Positions 35,864-46,400 of a stretch of DNA of 64,000 nucleotides are shown one piece after another. The DNA lies in the NCBI GenBank assembly GCA_002422905.1, contig DITU01000116.1, positions 40,717-104,716 of the forward strand, given 5' to 3'. The notes beneath the pieces are model-generated. The model was given only the letters and a program-made list of their open reading frames with translations, did not search any database and was not told where the DNA came from. Source of the stretch: Verrucomicrobia bacterium UBA6176 (GTDB lineage Bacteria; Verrucomicrobiota; Verrucomicrobiia; Limisphaerales; UBA9464). The translations under genes and the position numbers were made by a program. How positions within the stretch are numbered: position 1 is the stretch's first letter; every line of letters begins with the position of its first letter.

Positions 35864-38800
35864 ACGTCCATTTCCTGCTCGGCCCGGCCGGGACCGGGAA
35901 GACGATGCGCTGCCTGGACGGGGTGCGGGAGGCATTGGCGTCGGATCCAGACGGACCGCCCCTGCTGTTCATTGCGCCGAAGCAGGCGACCTTCCAGATC
36001 GAGCGCCAGGTGATGGCGGACGGGCGGGTGGAAGGGTTCAGCCGGTTGGAGATCCTGTCCTTTGAACGCCTTGCCCGTCATGTGCTGGAACGGGCGGGAG
36101 ACCGGATGCCGGGTCTGCTCGGGGAAGAGGGGCGGGTGATGGTATTGCGCGCGTTGCTGGCGCAGCACGAGGGTGAGCTGGGACATTTCGGGAAGCTTTC
36201 GAAGGCGGTGGGTCTGGCCCGCGAGGTGTCGCGGGTATTGCGGACTTTCCAGGAACACGGACTCGGTTCCGGACATCTCGGCGAGTTGGCCGAACGCAGC
36301 GCACTTCCCGGCGGATTGCGGGGCAAGCTGGCGGATTGGGCGCGCCTGCTCCGGGCCTATCAACAGTGGTTGCGCGATGCCGGCCTGATTGATCCGTCGG
36401 AGCTTCCGTGGCGTGCGGTCGAACTGCTTCGGGCGAGTCCCGAGCCGTGCTGGTTTGAATCCGTGTGGATGGATGGCTTTGCCGAGATGACCCCGGCGGA
36501 GATTGCGTTGTTGGCGGCGGTGGGTTCACGGGCGGGGCGTGTGACGGCGGCGTTCTGTCTGGATACCGGAGCGGTGAAGGCCGGGCATCCGGCGTTGTGG
36601 AACGTGGTCCAGCGCACCTTCCAGGCCTGTCACGCCGCCATGGGATCCGAGCCGGACGCGGTGGTGACGGTGGAGGAATTGGATCGGGATCTTGAACGGG
36701 GCCGATTCCGGACGAACCCGGCGCTGGCCCGGTTGGAGATGCGGATGGGGCGCAACATCGATCTGTCCGCGGCGGGCGCGGAGTCGGGTGGAAATCCACG
36801 GGTTTATCTTTGTCAGGATCCGCATGGGGAAGCGGAGTTGGCGGCGCGGGAGATCCGGCGTCACGTCCGGGGCGGAGGGCGGTATCGGGAGGTGGCGGTC
36901 CTGGCGCGTTCGATGGAGGAGTATGGGGCGGTGTTCCAACGGGTATTCCGGCAGCACGGGATCCCGTGCTTCCTGGATCATCGGCATGGGCTGAGACATC
37001 ACCCGTTGGTGGAGTTGACCCGGACGGCGTTGCGGATCGCGGCGGACGGGCAATCGGAGGAGGACTGGTTTGCGTGGTTGAAGTGCGGGTTGTTGCCGTT
37101 GGGTGAATGGGAGGGGGAACGGTTGGAGAACGTCTTGCGGAAGGAACGGTGGGCGGGACGACGTTGGACGCGGGGCAGTGAGCTGCCGGAGGGGCATGGG
37201 CTGGGAGCGTTGATGAAGCGGGTGGTGGAGCCGCTGCGGGAATTGGCGGCGAGCCTGGTCGGCGGTGTGGAAGGGCCTGGGTTGGCAACGGCCATCCGGG
37301 GTCTGTGGAAGACCCTGGCGGTGGCGGAGACCCTCGAGGGTTGGGACGATGCCGGGGTGGATGGGGTGCGACACCTGACGGTGTTGAAGGAGGTGGAAGC
37401 GTGGTTGGACGAAGCGGCGCGTGCCTTTGCCGGGCATGTGTTGACGGCAGGGGACTGGTTGCCGGTGGTGGAAAGCGCGTGGAGCGGGCTGACGGCGGGT
37501 GCGGTGCCGCCGTCCTTGGACCAGGTGCTGATCGGGGCCATCGACCGTTCCCGAAATCCCGATCTCGAACTGGTGCTGTTGCCGGGTTGGATCGAAGGCG
37601 GGTTCCCGGCGGCCCAGGTTGTTTCAGGCATCCTGACCGTTTCGGATCGCGAGGCGTTGGAACGGGCGGGGATCGGATTGGGGCCGACACCGGTCGACCG
37701 GGTTCACCACGAACATTTCTATGCCTACATCGCCCTGACCCGGTCGGCCAAGGCCATGATCCTCACGCTGCCGCGGGAAGGGATCACGGGGGGGAGCCGG
37801 GTTCCATCGCCGTTGCTGCGGCGTTGGTTGTCCGGGTGTGTGCCTGAGCCGGATCCCGAGCCGGGCACGATGGCGATCTCAACCCGGACGGTGTGGGAGC
37901 CGGCCCCGGTCGGGACCGAACGGTTGTCCGAAGCGTGGGTGAAACGGTTGTGGGAAGATCGGACCCTGGCGACGTCGGCGTCGGGATTGGAGCAGATGGC
38001 CGGGTGCCGGTTCGCGCATTTCGCGCAACGCATCCTGGATGCGGGGGAACGGGAGGAGCGGGTTGCGGACGCGCGGGAGTTGGGCAACTGGACCCATGAA
38101 TTGCTGGCGGGGTTTCATCGGGCCCTGCGGTTGGAAGGACGGACGTGGCATGGACTGGATCCGGCGTCGGGCGAGAAGCGGGTGCGGGCGGTGGCGAAGG
38201 GTCTGAGGGAGGATCCGCAGTTGGTGGCGGGTGGGCCGGGCGTGTTGTTTGAGCTGGGGCGCTCGGAGGAATCGGTGGTGGCGTGGATCCGGCATTGGCT
38301 GGAGATCCTGCCGTTGTGGCCGGGGGAACCGGAATGGGTGGAGGAACCTTTTGGACCGGTTCACGGCTGGGGTTCTCTCGACATCGGGCTCACGGATGAC
38401 GGACGGGTGAGGATCGTGGGCAAGGTGGATCGGGTGGATGTACTTCCTTTGGCGGACGGCGAGGATGGGTTGGCCTGGGTGGTGGATTACAAGGGGGGAG
38501 TGCGTCGGCTGGATCCGCGACGGGTGGCGGCGGGGTTTGAGTTGCAACTGCCGCTGTATCTGCGGGCGGTGTGCCAGGGGACGGGACTGCGTCCGGCGGG
38601 GATGACCTATGCGTCGTTGAAGCCGCAACGGGAACGGTCGACGACCCGGGACGATCCCGGGGGTGGCCCGGCTTATCTGCATCGGGGACGGATCGATGTG
38701 GAGGCGGTGAATGCGGTGGTGGGTGGAGTGGATTGGTCGCGTCTGCCGTTTGCGGTGAAGTTCAAGAAGGACGGCAGTCCTTACGCGAACTCGGATGGGA

Positions 38801-39042
38801 CGGTGTCCGGGGAACTGGAGCGGTTGGTGGAATCGGCGTTGGGCCGGGTGCGGGAATTGGGGGAAGGATTGCTGGCGGGAGACGTCTCGGCGCAACCGGT
38901 GCCGAACGCAGGAAAACTGCCGTGTGAATACTGTGCCTACCGGGACGTGTGCCGGATCGGTGGGGAGGGTGGGGATGAGGTTGGGACGGATGGGACGAAT
39001 GGGACTGATGGGACTGATGGGACTGATGGGAGGGGAATATGA
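35860..39042 (+). CDS. AddB/RexB-like helicase-nuclease subunit (PD-(D/E)XK nuclease with Fe-S cysteines)
   Basis: The ATG overlaps the glgB stop (ATGA at 35860-35863). Walker A is LLGPAGTGKT. The nuclease core is GKVDRVD...VVDYKGG plus QLPLYL. The Cys set is GCRFAHFAQ ... LPCEYCAYRDVCR, as in AddB-type 4Fe-4S nucleases. The C-terminal tail GTDGTNGTDGTDGTDG is encoded by a 9-bp tandem repeat. Confidence 0.8.
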   Translation: MNVHFLLGPAGTGKTMRCLDGVREALASDPDGPPLLFIAPKQATFQIERQVMADGRVEGFSRLEILSFERLARHVLERAGDRMPGLLGEEGRVMVLRALLAQHEGELGHFGKLSKAVGLAREVSRVLRTFQEHGLGSGHLGELAERSALPGGLRGKLADWARLLRAYQQWLRDAGLIDPSELPWRAVELLRASPEPCWFESVWMDGFAEMTPAEIALLAAVGSRAGRVTAAFCLDTGAVKAGHPALWNVVQRTFQACHAAMGSEPDAVVTVEELDRDLERGRFRTNPALARLEMRMGRNIDLSAAGAESGGNPRVYLCQDPHGEAELAAREIRRHVRGGGRYREVAVLARSMEEYGAVFQRVFRQHGIPCFLDHRHGLRHHPLVELTRTALRIAADGQSEEDWFAWLKCGLLPLGEWEGERLENVLRKERWAGRRWTRGSELPEGHGLGALMKRVVEPLRELAASLVGGVEGPGLATAIRGLWKTLAVAETLEGWDDAGVDGVRHLTVLKEVEAWLDEAARAFAGHVLTAGDWLPVVESAWSGLTAGAVPPSLDQVLIGAIDRSRNPDLELVLLPGWIEGGFPAAQVVSGILTVSDREALERAGIGLGPTPVDRVHHEHFYAYIALTRSAKAMILTLPREGITGGSRVPSPLLRRWLSGCVPEPDPEPGTMAISTRTVWEPAPVGTERLSEAWVKRLWEDRTLATSASGLEQMAGCRFAHFAQRILDAGEREERVADARELGNWTHELLAGFHRALRLEGRTWHGLDPASGEKRVRAVAKGLREDPQLVAGGPGVLFELGRSEESVVAWIRHWLEILPLWPGEPEWVEEPFGPVHGWGSLDIGLTDDGRVRIVGKVDRVDVLPLADGEDGLAWVVDYKGGVRRLDPRRVAAGFELQLPLYLRAVCQGTGLRPAGMTYASLKPQRERSTTRDDPGGGPAYLHRGRIDVEAVNAVVGGVDWSRLPFAVKFKKDGSPYANSDGTVSGELERLVESALGRVRELGEGLLAGDVSAQPVPNAGKLPCEYCAYRDVCRIGGEGGDEVGTDGTNGTDGTDGTDGRGI
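38983..39027 (+). repeat. Tandem 9-bp repeat (gggacNgat x5) inside the 3' end of the AddB-like gene
   Basis: The units are gggacggat gggacgaat gggactgat gggactgat gggactgat. Confidence 0.85.
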
Positions 39043-39070
39043 AAAACCCCCGGCGTGATGCGCCGGGGGT
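39042..39070 (-). terminator. Rho-independent terminator-like hairpin between convergent genes
   Basis: cccccggcg-tgatg-cgccggggg forms a 9-bp GC stem (39047-39069). On the minus strand it is followed by TTTTT (complement of 39042-39046), which fits termination of the 39091-41484 gene. There is no U-tract on the plus strand. Confidence 0.5.
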
Positions 39071-39090
39071 GTGAAGGGGACGGGGCAGGA

Positions 39091-41484
39091 TCAGTTCACG
39101 GCCACGCCACCGGGGATGGCGTGGATGGTCTGCTGGATTTCCTGGGAGATGCGGGTGCCGTCGCGGGCCTGGACATCCCATTTGATGGCCTGCTGCATGA
39201 CGGGTCGCAGGTCCTGGACCTGGAGGCGGACGGTCTTGCCATCCTCGGAGAGTTTGGCTCCGGTGATGTTGATGGTTTCGCGGCCCTTCTTGTTGGGATC
39301 GGCGGGCGAGACCTCGGGAGACCCGTAGTTTTCGGAACGGATGTAGTTCCAGCGTTTGCCGCTCCAGTTTTCGGGATCCTCGGCCGAGGCCTTGTCGAGG
39401 GGTTGGGTGAAGGAGAGTTCGACACCGCCGGGGATGACCTTGATCGCGTTGACGGAGTAGACGGGTTTGCCGGTGTAACGGACGCGGTCGAAGCCGGTGA
39501 TGCGGGCGGCGTTGGACTGCCATTCGCTGAGGCCGGCGACATAGAGCTGGCCGTCCTGGGGATGGAATCGGGCGCGCATGACGGAGGAGGTGAACTTGAG
39601 GGGGAACTTGACGACACCGGCCTGTTGACGGCCGTTGCCGATGTCCTGGCGCATGACGAGGTAGAGGCTGGATTTGCCGTAGGACTCGTGGAGGAGTTCG
39701 CCCTTGTAGGGGCCCCATTTGTCGCTGGTGACCCAGATCTGGCCGCCGCCGGAGTTGTCATAGTCGTTATGCGACAGCCACATGATGGGGGGGACAAAGC
39801 GCTCGGCGAGTTCGGGGGCGGTCATCTGGTTGACGACACCGTGGAAGGCCTTGCCATCGACCCAGTTGATCGGGGTGGTGGGAACCCAGGTGCCTTCGTT
39901 GTCGGAGGTGGTCACCTGGCCATCGGCGCGTACGCCGATGCCATTGGGGGCGCGGAGACCGCGGGCGATGACCTCGAACTTCTTGCCATCGGGACTGACC
40001 TTGAAGAGGGCGCCGGCGTGGGAACAGACCGAGCCATTGCCGCGGGAGGCCTTCTTGTCGCCGAAGCCGCGACCGCCGCCGTTCACCGGGTTGGCCTTGG
40101 CGAAGTAGAAGTTGCCGGCGGCATCGGTCTGGAGATCGAACACGAATTCATGGAAGCCCTCGGTCGACATCACCTCGTTGTTGAAGTTCTCGTAGAAGTC
40201 GGCCGAACCGTCCTGGTTGAAGTCGTAGAAGCGGGTGATGCCTTCGCGGGTGGAGACGTAGATGACGTCCTTGACGATCTCGAGGCCGAGCGGTTCGTAC
40301 AGGCCGGAGGCGAACCGGCGCCATTCGAGGCGTTCGAGGGAGTCGTCAATGCCGGACACCACCCAGATGTCGCCGTCATGCGTGCAGAGGGCGGCGCGCT
40401 TGCCGTCGTTGAAGAAGTCCATGCCGCCGAAGCGCACCCGGCGGTTCCAGGGATTCTTTTCGGGAGAGGTGATGCTGTCGGTGGCATAGGCACCATCCGG
40501 GGTGGCGGAGGTGTTGAGCTGGCCCTTGAGGACGACGGATTCGGGCCAGTGCGGCGCGCCGCCCTTGGAGAAGTCCTTTTTGACCGGGGCACCGGCGGCC
40601 AATTGGCTGAAGGTGCCAGCGGCGGATTCCGGACCATTCCAGAGGGTGATCTTGAAGACGGCGGGTTTGGTGCCCTTGGGGATGACGAGGCTGACCTGGG
40701 TGTCAGCGACCTTCAGCGAAGCGCCCTGGGGCAGGCCGGTGGCGGAGATGCGGGTCAGGGAACCGTCGGCGCCCTTGAGGCTGATGATGCCGCCTTCGAC
40801 CGGACCGGAGGTGGCGCCTTCGACATCGGCGAGGAGGATGGAAAAGGTTTCGGGAGTGCGCTGGCGTTTGAAGAGGCCGGACTTGGGCGGGTTGATCTCG
40901 AAGGTGCGGACGAAGCCGACTTCGCCATTGGCGGTGGTGGAGCTGGGTTGCTCGGTCACCGCGGTTCCGCGGACGGTGTAGGCGAGCAGGACATCCATGC
41001 CGTCCACATACAATCCATCCCAACGCGCCAGGTCCTGTGCGATCGGGCCGTAGGGTTCGGAGCGGGTGTCCTTGAACACGCCGTCATCGCCGGTCACACC
41101 GGGCACCACCGCGGTGCCGAACTTCTGGGTGCCGACGATGGACGGGTGGTTGCCGTGACTGCCGTCGAACACCACGCCGCGGGTGTTGATGAAGCCACCC
41201 GACCAACCGGCGGCCATGCGGAGGAGGTCGGTGTCGAAGAGGATCGCGGCGTCGTTGCCGATGCGGATGGCCAGACCTTTCATGGCCACGTTTTCCTTGG
41301 GGAACTGGGCTCCGATGCAGGCGGCCTGGAAGGGGAAATCCTTCTGGAGCAGTTCTTCGCGGATTTTTTCCTGCGCCTGTACCCCGACGGTGAGCGCCAC
41401 GACGGCGGCAGCACAGCGGGCGGTGGCGCGCCAATGATCAACCATGTTCAAGAGCATAGTGGTGTTTTTGTGTATCCTAGCCAT
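39091..41484 (-). CDS. Secreted beta-propeller protein of the putative membrane-bound-dehydrogenase-domain type (no CxxCH seen)
   Basis: Signal-like N-terminus. The central region is GDIWVVSGIDD...WRRFASGLYEPLGLEIVKDVIYVSTREGITRFYDFNQDGSADFYENF...GLRAPNGIGVRADGQVTTSDNEGTWVP, typical of glucose/sorbosone-dehydrogenase-like propellers in PVC bacteria. The start is uncertain (41568, 41484 or 41457). Confidence 0.6.
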   Translation of the reverse strand: MARIHKNTTMLLNMVDHWRATARCAAAVVALTVGVQAQEKIREELLQKDFPFQAACIGAQFPKENVAMKGLAIRIGNDAAILFDTDLLRMAAGWSGGFINTRGVVFDGSHGNHPSIVGTQKFGTAVVPGVTGDDGVFKDTRSEPYGPIAQDLARWDGLYVDGMDVLLAYTVRGTAVTEQPSSTTANGEVGFVRTFEINPPKSGLFKRQRTPETFSILLADVEGATSGPVEGGIISLKGADGSLTRISATGLPQGASLKVADTQVSLVIPKGTKPAVFKITLWNGPESAAGTFSQLAAGAPVKKDFSKGGAPHWPESVVLKGQLNTSATPDGAYATDSITSPEKNPWNRRVRFGGMDFFNDGKRAALCTHDGDIWVVSGIDDSLERLEWRRFASGLYEPLGLEIVKDVIYVSTREGITRFYDFNQDGSADFYENFNNEVMSTEGFHEFVFDLQTDAAGNFYFAKANPVNGGGRGFGDKKASRGNGSVCSHAGALFKVSPDGKKFEVIARGLRAPNGIGVRADGQVTTSDNEGTWVPTTPINWVDGKAFHGVVNQMTAPELAERFVPPIMWLSHNDYDNSGGGQIWVTSDKWGPYKGELLHESYGKSSLYLVMRQDIGNGRQQAGVVKFPLKFTSSVMRARFHPQDGQLYVAGLSEWQSNAARITGFDRVRYTGKPVYSVNAIKVIPGGVELSFTQPLDKASAEDPENWSGKRWNYIRSENYGSPEVSPADPNKKGRETINITGAKLSEDGKTVRLQVQDLRPVMQQAIKWDVQARDGTRISQEIQQTIHAIPGGVAVN

Positions 41485-41604
41485 TACCCCTGCGCCAGAG
41501 GCAAAGCCTCCAGCCGTTGGAATCCGGGGTAACGAGCCCGCCGCGGACGGCGCGCTTCTCCCCATCATTCACCCCGGAACCTTTCGACGGCAACCCCGGC
41601 TTCC

Positions 41605-41735
41605 GAACTGACGGCGACCGGACGTCGCCGCTCCGGGGGATTGGAGCGGCGAGTGTCACTCGCCGGGTGATTGGGACGGCGACCGAACGTCGCCGCCCCG
41701 GGGGAGTGGAGCGGCGACCGGACCTCGCTGCTCCG
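41605..41735. repeat. REP-like hairpin array, copy A4 (four CGGCGAx-N5-xTCGCCG units, no head palindrome)
   Basis: The units are cggcgac-cggac-gtcgccg, cggcgag-tgtca-ctcgccg, cggcgac-cgaac-gtcgccg and cggcgac-cggac-ctcgctg. The array overlaps the 3' end of the ABC ATPase ORF. Confidence 0.7.
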
Positions 41736-43230
41736 GGTCCTGGGCCGGCTCTACCCCGGCCATCAATCGGATCAGGCGATCCGGGGTGAACCCTGGCCGT
41801 TCAAGAGATCCCATGTTCCGGCCCTCGCGCAGGACCAGGATCCGACGGCTGAGGGCCATGACTTCGGGCAGTTCGCTGGAGATCAGGAGGATGGCCAGGC
41901 CGGCACAGGCGAGTTCATCGAGCAGGCGATGGATCTCGGCCTTGGCCCCCACGTCGACGCCGCGCGTGGGTTCGTCCACGATCAGGATCCGGCATTCGCG
42001 GGCGAGCCATTTGGCGAGGGCGATCTTCTGTTGGTTGCCCCCGGACAACCCGGCGACGCCGGATTCGGTTCCCGGGGTTCGTACCCGGAGTTGTTCGATG
42101 AATCCCGCAGCGATCTGGCGTTCGCGCGAGCCATCGACCCAACCCAGGCGCATCAATCGCGGAAGGATGGCGAGGGTGGTGTTCTCCCGACAATTCATCG
42201 ACAGCACCAGGCCCTGCCGTTTCCGGTCTTCCGGCAGCAGGCCGAGTCCGGCTTCCAACGCCGCATGGGGATCTCCCAAACGCAATTCCCGGCCTTCAAC
42301 CCACACCCGGCCGGTCGCGGCAGGATCGAGTCCAAACAGTGCCTGGGCCACTTCGCTCCGCCCGGCCCCGACCAGCCCCGCCAGCCCCAGGACCTCGCCC
42401 CGGTGCAGGGTGAATCCGATGTCATGGAAGTGCCCCGGGGAAGAGAGTCCTTCTACCCTCAACACTTCCACCCCCACCGGACGGGTCGCGTGCCCGGGTT
42501 CATGCAATTCGATCTCACGCCCGATCATGGCCCGGACCAGGGTGTCGTGGGTGTGGTCCGATGCCGGCCCGGTGACCACATGGCGTCCGTCGCGGAGCAC
42601 GGTGATGTGCGAGCAGAGCCGGAAGATCTCGTCCATCCGATGCGACACGTAGATCAGGGTGATGCCGCGGGTGCGGAGTTGTTGGATGAGGGTGAACAAC
42701 TGTTCGGCCTCGGCCACCGACAGGGAGCTGGTGGGCTCGTCCATCACGATGATGCGGGCGCCGGTACCGATGGCGGCGGCGATCTGGACCACCTGTTCCT
42801 GTCCCGTGGTGAGCGAACCAACGAGGCGATCCGGGTCCAGGTCCGCACCGATTTCCCGGAGCATGGCGCGGGCATCTGAACGGAGCCGGTGCCGGTCGAC
42901 CCAACCGGCGCGGGTGGGGAGGGAACCGAGGCTGAGGTTTTCGGCGATGGAGAGGTTGGGGCAGAAGGCGAGTTCCTGATGGACCATGGCGATGCCGAGA
43001 CCGCGTGCGGTGAGGGGATCCCGGGGATGGATGGGGCGACCTTCGAGGAGGATTTCTCCGGAATCCGGGGTGATCACGCCGGCGAGGATCTTGCCGAGCG
43101 TGCTCTTGCCGGCGCCGTTCTCGCCCATCAGGGCATGACAGGAACCGGCCTCGACACAGAACCCGACGTCGGTCAGGGCCTGGACTCCGGGATACCGCTT
43201 GGTGATGCCGCGAAACTCAAGGAAGGCCAT
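41656..43230 (-). CDS. Sugar ABC transporter ATP-binding protein (two fused ABC domains, RbsA/MglA-like)
   Basis: Motifs: GENGAGKSTLGKIL, LTTGQEQVVQIA, IIVMDEPTSSL, then a second domain with LSGGNQQKIALAK and ILIVDEPTRGVDV. The last ~25 codons lie in REP array A4. Confidence 0.85.
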   Translation of the reverse strand: MAFLEFRGITKRYPGVQALTDVGFCVEAGSCHALMGENGAGKSTLGKILAGVITPDSGEILLEGRPIHPRDPLTARGLGIAMVHQELAFCPNLSIAENLSLGSLPTRAGWVDRHRLRSDARAMLREIGADLDPDRLVGSLTTGQEQVVQIAAAIGTGARIIVMDEPTSSLSVAEAEQLFTLIQQLRTRGITLIYVSHRMDEIFRLCSHITVLRDGRHVVTGPASDHTHDTLVRAMIGREIELHEPGHATRPVGVEVLRVEGLSSPGHFHDIGFTLHRGEVLGLAGLVGAGRSEVAQALFGLDPAATGRVWVEGRELRLGDPHAALEAGLGLLPEDRKRQGLVLSMNCRENTTLAILPRLMRLGWVDGSRERQIAAGFIEQLRVRTPGTESGVAGLSGGNQQKIALAKWLARECRILIVDEPTRGVDVGAKAEIHRLLDELACAGLAILLISSELPEVMALSRRILVLREGRNMGSLERPGFTPDRLIRLMAGVEPAQDPEQRGPVAAPLPRGGDVRSPSQSPGE

Positions 43231-43335
43231 GGCGGGTTATCGGCGGGCAAGGCTCATGGTGAGGTGGGACATGCGGGGAATAATCCATGCAGCCGGGCTG
43301 GGAATGAATTCCAAAACCAGGGTTTGGGTGGTCCA

Positions 43336-43366
43336 CCGATTTCGCCGATTTCACCGATTTCGCAGA
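43336..43366. repeat. Tandem 9-bp repeat (ccgatttcN x3 plus a partial unit)
   Basis: The sequence is ccgatttcg ccgatttca ccgatttcg cagat. It is intergenic, about 40 nt downstream of a ggaatgaattcc motif at about 43297-43308. Confidence 0.7.
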
Positions 43367-43401
43367 TGAAGGGGTTTTGGGAATCGGGGTGCGATTTGCG
43401 A

Positions 43402-46400
43402 TCAATTCAGCGCACGGAGTTTACCGGTGGCATCCACCACCCAGAATCGGGCGGTGTCGAAGTCGGCATCAACGACCAGTTGCCGGATCTGGGCGGTTTC
43501 GAGTTCGGCCAGTTGGGCCGGGGAGATACCGGAATCGAGCGCGGGCTCGAACAGGAATGTCTCGGTGAAGTTGTGATGTCCCGGCGCGTAGGTCTGGGAG
43601 GCGCGATTCTGGAGCACCAGCGGGGTCGTGGTCAGACCGGAGATCCGGGTCTCGACGAATCCGATGTTGGGTGCGGTATATCCGGCAGTCGGTCCACGGG
43701 GTGCGGCGGGCCAAATGAAGCGGGTTTCAACAACGACCCCGTTTCCCGCCGGAAAAGAACGGAACTGGGGGAGGGCATCGGGTCCGATCACCGGACAGGG
43801 GACCAGGCGCGCGGCGTCGTTGGTCGTGGTGGTGGGACCCGTCCACCCGAGTGAGGGTTGTGGCCGAGCGTACTGGGCGGTCAAGGTGAGCTGGAAGTCG
43901 TCGGTGATCACCCAGGGCGCACGCGGCGGGGTGACGCTGCGCAACAACTGGGTTTCGAGGGTGAGCCGGCGTCGATCGTTGCCCGCGCCCAGGGTCCAGG
44001 AATCACGGGTGATGTCTCCGGTGCGGCCATGGAGGAATTCCGGCCAACCGGACATGGGTCCGGTGAGGGTCACGGTTTCATTGCCCACCCTCATTTCGAA
44101 GCGGTCTCCGGAGTAGATCGGGGTGGCCAGGTTGGCGTCGGTCAACCGACGCGGATCCGCGGTCAGATTGAACGCGGACTTGAGACGGTGCTTGGCGAAG
44201 ATGTCGGAGAATTCGCCTTCCTCCACGCACCAGGAACCGGTGACCGGCAGCAGATAGGGGGTCACCGGAGTGGGGACGGGTCTGGGGAGGCGTCGGACCT
44301 GTTTCACCTCCAGCGTGCCGGGCACCAAACGCTTGTATTCGAAGTCGAGGGTGAAGGACGTCAGCGTCGGAAACTGGGCGGCGTAGCCGGTGGCCACGGT
44401 GGCGAGGAGGCGGACGAGATCCTGATAATCGGCTTCCCAACGCATCACATGCCCGCCCAGCGGCACGAGGCCGGAGGATTGGCGTTGGGCGAGGAAGGTG
44501 GAGCCGAAGGAACGGTAGAAGTCGACCACCTCGGGTCGGGAGGCACCGTCGGGATTGGTGACCGAGTTGGCGCCGAGCTGGGTGACCAGGGTTCCGTCCA
44601 TCGAGACCGAACCGAAGGAGCGTTGCCAGTGAAGGGTGGCGACCCCATTGGCCATTTCGATTTCGTCGGGATAGGAGTGATGGACGAGGACGGCCATGCC
44701 GACTTCCGCTTCGTTGACCCCCCGTCGCAGGCGTTCGAGGAAAGCGTTCTCGTTGAAGAAGCTCGCGTAGACCCGCTGGATGGCGCGGAACACGCCGCGT
44801 TCGTTTGCTTCAAGGGGATCACACGCCGAGGGACCGGAGGAATCGCCGTCGAGATCGTCCAGCAGACAGCCGCTGTAGCTGTCGTACAGGCCCGCCCCGG
44901 TGAAGTCGTCGCTGTCCTCGACGTTGGTGGAACTTCGGAAGCGGATCTTGCGGGAGCCATCGAAGCCGGCCGCGGTCAGCGCGTCGAGGATGGCGGCTTG
45001 TTGGTCGGGGGTGAATCGGGCGGTCTGCCGGAAGGTGTTCCGCAAGGACTCGAGCCGGGTGCGTACCAGGGCGAAGTCGGGTGGATAGGTGAATTGTCCC
45101 AGCTGTTCCTGGATCTCCGCTGCAAGGGTTCGGCCATTGGGCAGGGTTTGTCCGAGGAACGCTTCCCACAGGTCAAAGGTCAGCGCGATGGCCGGTTCGG
45201 AATTCTGGGGGAGGGTGCGGCGGAGCAGGCCGAAATTCGCGGCCTTGCCCCCAACGTAACGGATGGCGTCGGGTCGGAGTTCATGAACGTTGGTGGCGAT
45301 CACACCCAGTGATTGGCGCGGCGTGTAGTTCAACCGGGGCTGGGCCTTCAATGAGAGCAACCCCGACCGGACCGATTCGGGCAGTCGACCTTCGACGTCG
45401 ATCACGGTGGCTTCGGTGAAGAAGTTGCGGTCGGTGCGCAAGGCGATCTCACGGCCCACCAGGGTGAGCATCCGGGCGCGGGTTTCGGGCGAGGCGAACC
45501 AGACGAAGGGTACTTCCCAACCCTGGGCAAGGATGGCGACGTGGGAATTGGGGGTCGCCGGGGTCAGCGCAATGATCCCGGCCAGGAACGGGACTTCGGC
45601 GGGGACGACGTCGGTCAGCAGGATGTTTTCGGGACGGAGTTCCCCGGCAGCGTAGGCGGCGGCGATCTGCGGACCGGGTACGTAAACCAGTTTGCCCAGG
45701 GCCCAGCCCACGCTGTAGACCGCATCTTCCGACAACCAGCGATCGGCAGTGGCCACCTCGAAGCCAGCGGCGGCAAACCAGTCGCGATGGGTTTGTGCGG
45801 TGGCGATCTGTTCGGAGGTGGGCACATAAAAGGATCGGGTGCCGACCGGTGCCCGGACGGCGGCTTGCACCAGTTGCAGCCAACGCCCGACCTCTTCCCG
45901 CGGATAAGGGTCGCGTCCGACGAACTGGATCCCGATTTCGCCAGCGGCGGTTCCAGGAACCAGCACGGCACCCAGCACGGCGACCTGATTGGAGGCGTGC
46001 AGGGTTTGCTGGTCGAAATTGGCGCGGGACATCCCGAGGAAGGGCGGGAGTCGCAGTCGGGCGAAATCGTGGTGGAACGGATGCCGGTTACTGTCCTGGA
46101 ACCACACCCGGGTTTCGTCACCGCGCAGGATGGCGAACTTGACCCAGCCGATGCCGGGTTCACCCACACCGGAATATTCCTGAACGACAAAGGGGTCATC
46201 GGGCAGGGCCAGTTGATTGCGGCCGTCGTCGTTCGCATGGCGGACCCGGCTTACCACACGGAAGTAGCGGGTGACATTGGTGGGGGCGGTGACGTCGGCG
46301 AAGTCGAAGGCTCCTTCGTGAAAGACCGCGGCTTCGGCCCAGGTGGCGAGGTCGGTGGAGGCCTGCAGGATCTGGATGCGATTGGTTTCGCCGGGAGATC

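Noticed and set aside
34187-37690. Minus-strand ORFs 34187-35803 and 36038-37690
   Set aside because: They are antisense to glgB and the AddB-like gene, with extreme Pro/Arg content and no family features.
38983-39027. Possible CRISPR-like or other array (also 43336-43366 and 46645-46675)
   Set aside because: The units are only 9-12 bp and directly abut one another with no spacers. They are simple tandem repeats, not CRISPR.
39055-41532. 825-aa plus-strand ORF (GDGAGSVHGHATGDGVDGLLDF...)
   Set aside because: It is a mirror image of the minus-strand gene 39091-41484. Its composition is Gly/Asp/Ala/Val-rich low complexity, typical of antisense frames in high-GC DNA, whereas the minus frame has recognisable propeller motifs and normal composition.
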